64,000 nt of DNA from an uncultured delta proteobacterium (lineage in GTDB: Bacteria > Myxococcota_A > Polyangia > Polyangiales > Polyangiaceae), in contig CAWAIF010000003.1 in assembly GCA_963782055.1 (NCBI GenBank), positions 6,656,001 to 6,720,000 on the forward strand, in the 5' to 3' direction. The notes beneath the pieces are model-generated. The model worked only from the letters and a program-made list of their open reading frames with translations, was not told the DNA's origin and ran no database searches. Positions 58,429 to 64,000 of the stretch are shown piece after piece (position 1 is the stretch's first letter; every line of letters begins with the position of its first letter). The translations under genes were made by a program, and so were the position numbers.

Positions 58429-58757
58429 AGGCGGGGCGCGCCGCACGCGCCGCGTTCCTCGCGCTGGCCACGCTGGCGGCGGGCGCCTGCGGCGGGAGCA
58501 GCGGCCCGGGGGCGTCCGGGCCGCCGGTCACCTGCAAGGCGAGGGCGTTCACCCCGAGCGGCGGGGACTGCACCCTCAACGCGGCGAGCTGCGACGACCA
58601 GCACGAGTACGAGCTGGACTGCGGCGGCGGCACCTGCACCTGCAACGTCAACGGCACGCCCGGCCGGTCGTTCTTCTCCAGCGACTTCTGCAACGCCGCC
58701 GACCTCGCCGCCGCGATCACCGCGGCCAACGCCCAGTGCGGCTGGAACGTCCAGTGA
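58425..58757 (+). CDS. Small Cys-rich lipoprotein
   Basis: GTGA overlap, lipobox-like AGAC, multiple Cys. Confidence 0.68.
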   Translation: MKAGRAARAAFLALATLAAGACGGSSGPGASGPPVTCKARAFTPSGGDCTLNAASCDDQHEYELDCGGGTCTCNVNGTPGRSFFSSDFCNAADLAAAITAANAQCGWNVQ

Positions 58758-58764
58758 CTCTCTG

Positions 58765-59985
58765 TCAGGCCAGCGCCTCGAAGAACTCGCACAGCTCGTC
58801 GTGGCGGGCGTGGGCGTCGGCGTAGCCGAGCTCGATGAGGCGCGAGGCGAAGCCGCCGTCGAAGAGGAGGTAGGAGAGGAGGTCGGCCTCGTTGCGACCG
58901 TCCTGCTCTGCGAGGCGGCGCATGAGGCGCCCGGTGATCCCCTGCACGTGCGAGAAGGCGGCGGAGCGCACGTACTCGGTGGCGAGCTGGCCGATGTCGC
59001 GCGACGCCCGCACCAGCATGCTGCTCATCGGCCTCAGGCCCCTGCCCGGCTTGTGGCCGAGCGTGACGTTCAGCTTGTCGACGAAGTCCGGCCCGTAGGC
59101 GCGCTTGCCGGCCTCCAGGATCTTGTTCACGCTCTCCAGCCGCGCCAGGTCGGTGTCGATGCGATCGAGCAGCAGCGCGTTGAGGGTCTTGCCGAGCAGG
59201 AAGAGCGGGCCGGGGAAGGCGTCCTCCACCTCCTCCTCCTCATCGCCGAGGGGAGTCGTCGGGATGAAGCGCGGGTTGATGACGAGCACGCCGTCGGCGC
59301 CCAGCCGCCGCGCCGGGGAGAGCGGCACGTTCTGCCGCAGGCCGCCGTCGCAGTAGTACTCGCCGTCGATGCGCACCGCGCGAAAGAGGATGGGGATGGC
59401 GGCGCTGGCGAGGGCGTGCGCGGGCGTGATCTCCTCCGCGCGCGGCTCGACGGTCGGGTCGGCGCTCCACGGCGGCAGGCCGGGCTCGCGGCGCTGGATG
59501 AAGACGACGGTCCTGCCGGTCGCGACGTGCGTGGTCGAGACGGTGAGGGCGTCGAGCAGCTCGTACTCCAGGTTGGCGCGGATGTGCGCGAAGGGGATCT
59601 CCCGCACGACGAGCCGCTCAAGCCCGGAGGGGTCGAGCAGGCCGCCCTCGCGCGCAGGGACGTCCCGGGCCCTGGGGGCGCGCCCGAGCAGGCGGCCGCC
59701 CATCGCGAACACACCGCGTACGTCCGGCGAGATCATGGCGTCGATGTCCAGGCCACGCCACACGTCCAGCAGCCGGCCGATGCGCTCGGCGGGCGGCATG
59801 TCGGCGAAGGCGGCGAGCGCGCACGCGTTGAGCGCGCCGACGGAGGTGCCGCACAGGATGTCCAGGTGGATGCGCCTGGACAGGGACCGGGCCACGTCCA
59901 GAAGGACGTACTTGACGATCCCCACCTCGTACGCGCCGCGCGCGGCACCTCCCGCGAGCACGAGCGCCACGCGCTTGCGTTTCAC
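58765..59985 (-). CDS. Patatin-like phospholipase
   Basis: GGAARG, GTSVG, ASAAIP, DGG. Confidence 0.93.
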   Translation of the reverse strand: MKRKRVALVLAGGAARGAYEVGIVKYVLLDVARSLSRRIHLDILCGTSVGALNACALAAFADMPPAERIGRLLDVWRGLDIDAMISPDVRGVFAMGGRLLGRAPRARDVPAREGGLLDPSGLERLVVREIPFAHIRANLEYELLDALTVSTTHVATGRTVVFIQRREPGLPPWSADPTVEPRAEEITPAHALASAAIPILFRAVRIDGEYYCDGGLRQNVPLSPARRLGADGVLVINPRFIPTTPLGDEEEEVEDAFPGPLFLLGKTLNALLLDRIDTDLARLESVNKILEAGKRAYGPDFVDKLNVTLGHKPGRGLRPMSSMLVRASRDIGQLATEYVRSAAFSHVQGITGRLMRRLAEQDGRNEADLLSYLLFDGGFASRLIELGYADAHARHDELCEFFEALA

Positions 59986-60007
59986 CCGCCCGAGTATAGC
60001 GCCGCGC

Positions 60008-60718
60008 TCACTCGCAGTGGATCTCGTCGACGATCACCTTGCAGCCACCCTTGCAGTCGCGGGCGGGGGCCATCTTGCCGGAGCGGCACTGCAGCATCTG
60101 CTTGCCGTCCTCGGTGCAGGCGGCGTCGTCCTCGTGCTCGCACGCGTCCCCCACGGCGGCGATGGTGGTGTCACACTGGATCTTGTCGAACTGCTTGCGG
60201 CAGCCGTGCGCGCCGCGGCAGGGCGCGTCCGCCGCCATCTTGCCGGCCCGGCACACCATCATCTGCTTGCCGTCCGCCGTGCAGGCGTACGCGTTGTCGT
60301 CCTGGCAGGGCGCGCCCACCTCGGAGACGCTGTTGTCGCACTTGACCTGCTTGGCGCTGGAGACGCACGAGCCCGGGCCGAGACACTCGTCCACCTTCTT
60401 CCAGCGGCGCGATTTGCACTGGAGCATGGCCTTCTTGTCCACCGAGCACTCGTAGTCGTCCTGCGCGATGTCGCACGGCTCGCCGTCCAGGTAGCCGTCG
60501 TTGGCGCACTGCACGTCGGCGCCGGAGGCGACGCACCCGGCGGCCCCCCGGCACGGCAAGGCCGCCCAGTGACCGTCGGTGCAGACGAGGGAGTCGGTCT
60601 TGTCCGCGCAGACCTGCTTGCCCTCCTTGTCGCACGCCTCACCCGCCTTGGCCTTCGTGCAGCCCCCGAGGGGCACCAGCAGGATCGCGAAGGCGAGGAG
60701 CGCGGCCGGACGGGTCAT
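60008..60718 (-). CDS. Cys-rich repeat lipoprotein
   Basis: Lipobox LGGC; four modules of GxxC..C..DGKQM..C..G. Confidence 0.78.
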   Translation of the reverse strand: MTRPAALLAFAILLVPLGGCTKAKAGEACDKEGKQVCADKTDSLVCTDGHWAALPCRGAAGCVASGADVQCANDGYLDGEPCDIAQDDYECSVDKKAMLQCKSRRWKKVDECLGPGSCVSSAKQVKCDNSVSEVGAPCQDDNAYACTADGKQMMVCRAGKMAADAPCRGAHGCRKQFDKIQCDTTIAAVGDACEHEDDAACTEDGKQMLQCRSGKMAPARDCKGGCKVIVDEIHCE

Positions 60719-60796
60719 GGGGACCGAGGATAGATCCCCGCGCTCGCGAGGCGAAGGCTCTTGGCCGCGGCCGCCCGGGGCGCTCAGCCGGGGCGC

Positions 60797-61075
60797 TCAG
60801 CCGGGGGCAGGCACGTCTGCCGCGGCCAGCTTGCGCCCGAGCTCACCGGAGCGATCCAGCGCGTGCAGCTCGTCGCTGCCGCCGATGGACTCGCCGTGGA
60901 TGAAGATCTGCGGGACCGTGCGGCGGCCTGTCGTCTCCACGAGCCAGGCGCGGCGCTCGGGATCGTCGGTGACGTCGATCTCGTCGAAGGCGATGCCCCG
61001 CTTCTTGAGCAGCGACTTCGCCCGGAAGCAGTAGGCGCAGTAGGTGGTTACGTAGACCTGAACGGGAGCGCTCAT
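60797..61075 (-). CDS. grxC: Glutaredoxin 3
   Basis: CAYC active site, TVPQIFI, IGGSDEL. Confidence 0.92.
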   Translation of the reverse strand: MSAPVQVYVTTYCAYCFRAKSLLKKRGIAFDEIDVTDDPERRAWLVETTGRRTVPQIFIHGESIGGSDELHALDRSGELGRKLAAADVPAPG

Positions 61076-61132
61076 CCCTCGTAACGTGGCACCGCTGCGG
61101 CGAGTTTCAAGTGGTACTCTCGTCCCCCCACC

Positions 61133-63727
61133 ATGGCCGAGCAGACCATCCACCTCGAGAAGTACGCCCCGGACGCCAAGGCCCTCGTCGCGGGCGCCCA
61201 ATCCCTGGCCGACGAGCGCAAGCACCCGCAGGTCGAGCCGGTCCACCTCCTGGCGCGCGCGCTGGACCGGGACCGCGGCGTGCAGGAGGTCTTCCGCAAG
61301 GCCGGCGCCGATCCGCGCGATGTCGCGGTGGAGGCGGAGCAGGCGCTGGGGCGCATTGGCAAGTCCAGCGGCGGCCTCGCCTACCTCTCCTCCGCCATGC
61401 TCGACCTGCTCGGCCGGGCCGAGCGCGAGGCGGGCGGGGGCAGCGTGGGCGTCGAGCACCTCCTCAACGCGCTCTCGCAGGAGATCCGCGGCTCGGCCGC
61501 CATCGTGCTTCAGGCGTTCGGCCTCGGGCCGGGCTCCTTCCGGCCGCACATGGCGGCGCTCCACAGCGTCCCGCGCGAGGTGCAGGGCGACGGCGGCAAC
61601 ACCGGGGACCCTGCCGCCCGCTACACCAAGGACCTGGTCGACCGCGCGCGCAAGGGCGGCTTCGACCCGGTGATCGGCCGCGACCTCGAGGTGCGGCGGC
61701 TGCTGCAGATCCTGGAGCGCCGGCAGAAGAATCACCCGCTGCTCGTCGGCGATCCGGGCGTGGGCAAGCAGTCCATCGTGGGCGCCCTCGCCGCGCGCAT
61801 CGCCGCCGGGGACGTGCCCGCCAACATCGCGCACTTCTCCATCCTGGAGCTGGAGGTGGGCTCGCTCGTCGCCGGCGCCAAGCTGCGCGGAGAGGTGGAG
61901 GAGCGGCTCAAGCAGGCGCTCGCCGCCGTCAAGAGCGTGCCCGGCAGCAAGGAGGTGGTGCTCTACATCAACGGCATCGACTCCCTCTTCGGCCAGGGCG
62001 CCGCCGGCAGCGGCGTGGGGGAGTTGCTCAAGCCGCTGCTCGCCCGCGGGGAGGTGCGCCTGCTGGCCACGACGACGCCGGACGGCCTGCGCAAGATCGG
62101 CGAGCGCGACGCCGGGCTACTCCGCCGCTTCACCGTCCTCTCCATCGAGGCGCCCACGCCCGACCAGGCCATCGAGATCCTGCGCGGCATCGCCACCCGC
62201 TACGAGGTGCACCACCACGTGCAGATCGGCGACCCGGCCATCGTCGCCTCGGTGCGGCTCGCCAAGCGCTACATCCAGGACCGCGCCCTGCCCGACTCGG
62301 CGATCGACCTGCTCGACGAGGCGTGCGCCCGCAAGCGCGTGGAGATCGACGGCGTGCCCGCCTCCGTCGACGACGCCATCCGCCGCCTGGCCTCGCTCAA
62401 GGCGCAGCGCGCGTCGCTCGCGGACGACGCCGACGCCATGAGCGTCAAGACGCGCGAGCGCATTGACAAGGAGATCGCCGACCTGGAGCCGAGCGTGAGC
62501 GAGATGCGCGCCAAGATGGACTCCCGGCGCGGCGCGCTGGCGGCGGTCTCGGCGCTGCGCGAGGAGTACTCCCGCCTGCAGGTGGAGCTGGAGGGGGCAC
62601 GCCAGCAACAGAACTTCGCGCGGTTGGGGGAGCTGGAGCACGTGACCATCCCCGACGTGAAGCGCCGCCTGGACGCGGCGGAGGCCGCCATCACGCGCGA
62701 GGGCATCACCCAGACGCCGAACGTCGTGGGCGAGCAGGACGTGGCGGTGGTCCTCGGCGACTGGACCGGCATCCCCGTCGCCAAGATGCTGGAGAGCGAG
62801 GCGGACAAGCTGCTCAAGATGGAGGAGCGCCTCGCGCAGCGCGTGGTCGGCCAGGACGAGGCGGTGCGGGCGGTGTCGCGCGCGGTGCGGCGCGGGCGCG
62901 TGGGCCTGCGCGACCCGGGCAAGCCCATCGGCAGCTTCCTCTTCCTCGGGCCGAGCGGCGTGGGCAAGACCGAGCTCGCCAAGGCCCTCGCCCAGTTCCT
63001 CTTCGACGACGAAGCGTCGATGACCCGCCTGGACATGAGCGAGTTCATGGAGAAGCACATGGCGCAGCGCCTCGTCGGCGCGCCGCCCGGCTACGTCGAC
63101 AGCGAGGAGGGCGGCTTCCTGACCGAGGCGGTGCGCCGCAAGCCCTACAGCGTGCTGCTCTTCGACGAGGTGGAGAAGGCCCACGCCGACGTCTTCAACC
63201 TCTTGCTGCAGGTGCTCGACGACGGCCGCCTCACCGACGGCCGCGGGCGCACCGCCGACTTCTCCAACACCGTCGTCATCATGACGAGCAACATCGGCTC
63301 GCAGCGCATCCTGGACACCGACATCAAGCTCTTCGAGACGGAGGAGGGTCGCGACGCCCTGCGCGACGTGCTGCGCGAGGAGCTGCGCAACTTCCTGCGG
63401 CCCGAGTTCCTCAACCGCATCGACGACATCGTCATCTTCCGCGCGCTCACCAAGAAGGACCTGCGCGGCATCGTCGACATCCAGCTCCGCCGCCTGGAGA
63501 AGCTGGTGGCCGACCGCGAGCTCAAGCTGGACCTGACCGAGGCCGCGAAGAACGCCCTCGTGGAGATGAGCTACGAGCCGGCGTTCGGGGCGCGGCCGCT
63601 CAAGCGCGCCATCCTCAAGAGCCTGCAGGACCCGCTGGCGGAGGAGATCCTCGCCGGCGGCTACACCACGGGCGCGGTGGTGAAGGTGGACGTGAAGGAC
63701 GGCGCCTTCACCTTCCAGAAGGCGTAG
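61133..63727 (+). CDS. clpB: ClpB-like Hsp100 AAA+ chaperone with a degenerate NBD1
   Basis: Clp N-domain, DPVIGR, M-domain coiled coil, NBD2 GPSGVGKT and LFDEVEKAH, GARPLKR. Confidence 0.85.
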   Translation: MAEQTIHLEKYAPDAKALVAGAQSLADERKHPQVEPVHLLARALDRDRGVQEVFRKAGADPRDVAVEAEQALGRIGKSSGGLAYLSSAMLDLLGRAEREAGGGSVGVEHLLNALSQEIRGSAAIVLQAFGLGPGSFRPHMAALHSVPREVQGDGGNTGDPAARYTKDLVDRARKGGFDPVIGRDLEVRRLLQILERRQKNHPLLVGDPGVGKQSIVGALAARIAAGDVPANIAHFSILELEVGSLVAGAKLRGEVEERLKQALAAVKSVPGSKEVVLYINGIDSLFGQGAAGSGVGELLKPLLARGEVRLLATTTPDGLRKIGERDAGLLRRFTVLSIEAPTPDQAIEILRGIATRYEVHHHVQIGDPAIVASVRLAKRYIQDRALPDSAIDLLDEACARKRVEIDGVPASVDDAIRRLASLKAQRASLADDADAMSVKTRERIDKEIADLEPSVSEMRAKMDSRRGALAAVSALREEYSRLQVELEGARQQQNFARLGELEHVTIPDVKRRLDAAEAAITREGITQTPNVVGEQDVAVVLGDWTGIPVAKMLESEADKLLKMEERLAQRVVGQDEAVRAVSRAVRRGRVGLRDPGKPIGSFLFLGPSGVGKTELAKALAQFLFDDEASMTRLDMSEFMEKHMAQRLVGAPPGYVDSEEGGFLTEAVRRKPYSVLLFDEVEKAHADVFNLLLQVLDDGRLTDGRGRTADFSNTVVIMTSNIGSQRILDTDIKLFETEEGRDALRDVLREELRNFLRPEFLNRIDDIVIFRALTKKDLRGIVDIQLRRLEKLVADRELKLDLTEAAKNALVEMSYEPAFGARPLKRAILKSLQDPLAEEILAGGYTTGAVVKVDVKDGAFTFQKA

Positions 63728-63896
63728 TCGCCGGCGCGACGGGGGACGGCGCGCGCGGGAGCCAGTGGTTCATCCGCGCCCGCTTCGTGTCGAGGTAGCC
63801 GGCGCTGTGCGGGTTCGCCGCGACGACAATCGGCAGGCGCTCCTCCACCACGATCCCCGTGCCCTCCAGGGCGTAGACCTTCTCGGGGTTGTTCGT
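63708..63896 (-). pseudogene. ribA: C-terminal fragment of GTP cyclohydrolase II (RibA)
   Basis: TNNPEKVYALEGTGIVVEERLPIVVAANPHSAGYLDTKRARMNH; the same frame upstream is not RibA-like. Confidence 0.72.
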
Positions 63897-64000
63897 CCCG
63901 GTGCCCGTACATCTGCAGGTACGCCGGCACCAGGAACTCGCCGAACGCCTCCAGCAGCTCCGCCGGCGCTGTGCCCGTCCGCGCCGACGCGGCGGCCACG
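63897..64000 (-). other. Internal fragment of an H-NOX/HNOB heme-NO-binding-like protein, truncated at the junction
   Basis: VAAASARTGTAPAELLEAFGEFLVPAYLQMYG resembles H-NOX N-terminal helices; only about 33 codons are visible. Confidence 0.55.

Overview
Very GC-rich DNA whose gene content points to Myxococcota, probably Polyangiales-like: Hanks kinases with TPR/PEGA partners, an FHA-sigma54 activator, Cys-rich lipoproteins and a split atp operon. Most of the window is core genome: rph, rdgB, atpI/B/E, kup, pssA, cpoB-LysM, an ABC1/UbiB kinase, an L,D-transpeptidase, tRNA-Arg(UCG), an acyl-CoA dehydrogenase, grxC and a clpB-like gene. The most unusual part is a ~7.9 kb accessory island (20438-28359) bracketed by a 189-bp imperfect inverted repeat and containing no recognisable transposase or integrase. 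It carries a second, inner pair of double-palindromes and what looks like a self-contained sigma54 circuit: two sigma54-like promoters, each preceded by the motif GCTGATCGCGATC, upstream of DUF2130-like / membrane Ser-Thr kinase / FHA-activator and of mini-TPR / orphan HicA / Gly-rich peptide. Several island genes are frameshifted. Other candidates: a V4R-like sensor kinase followed by a ThDP enzyme and two degenerate citrate-synthase-fold genes (possible signal synthase-receptor unit); a Zn-ribbon gene plus three YbjQ-like paralogues; a structured candidate sRNA; a 48-bp REP-like tandem array; a probable CTG start codon; a ClpB with a degenerate first ATPase domain; and an H-NOX/RibA chimeric junction at the window end. 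All calls are from motif recognition by eye, with no database searches.
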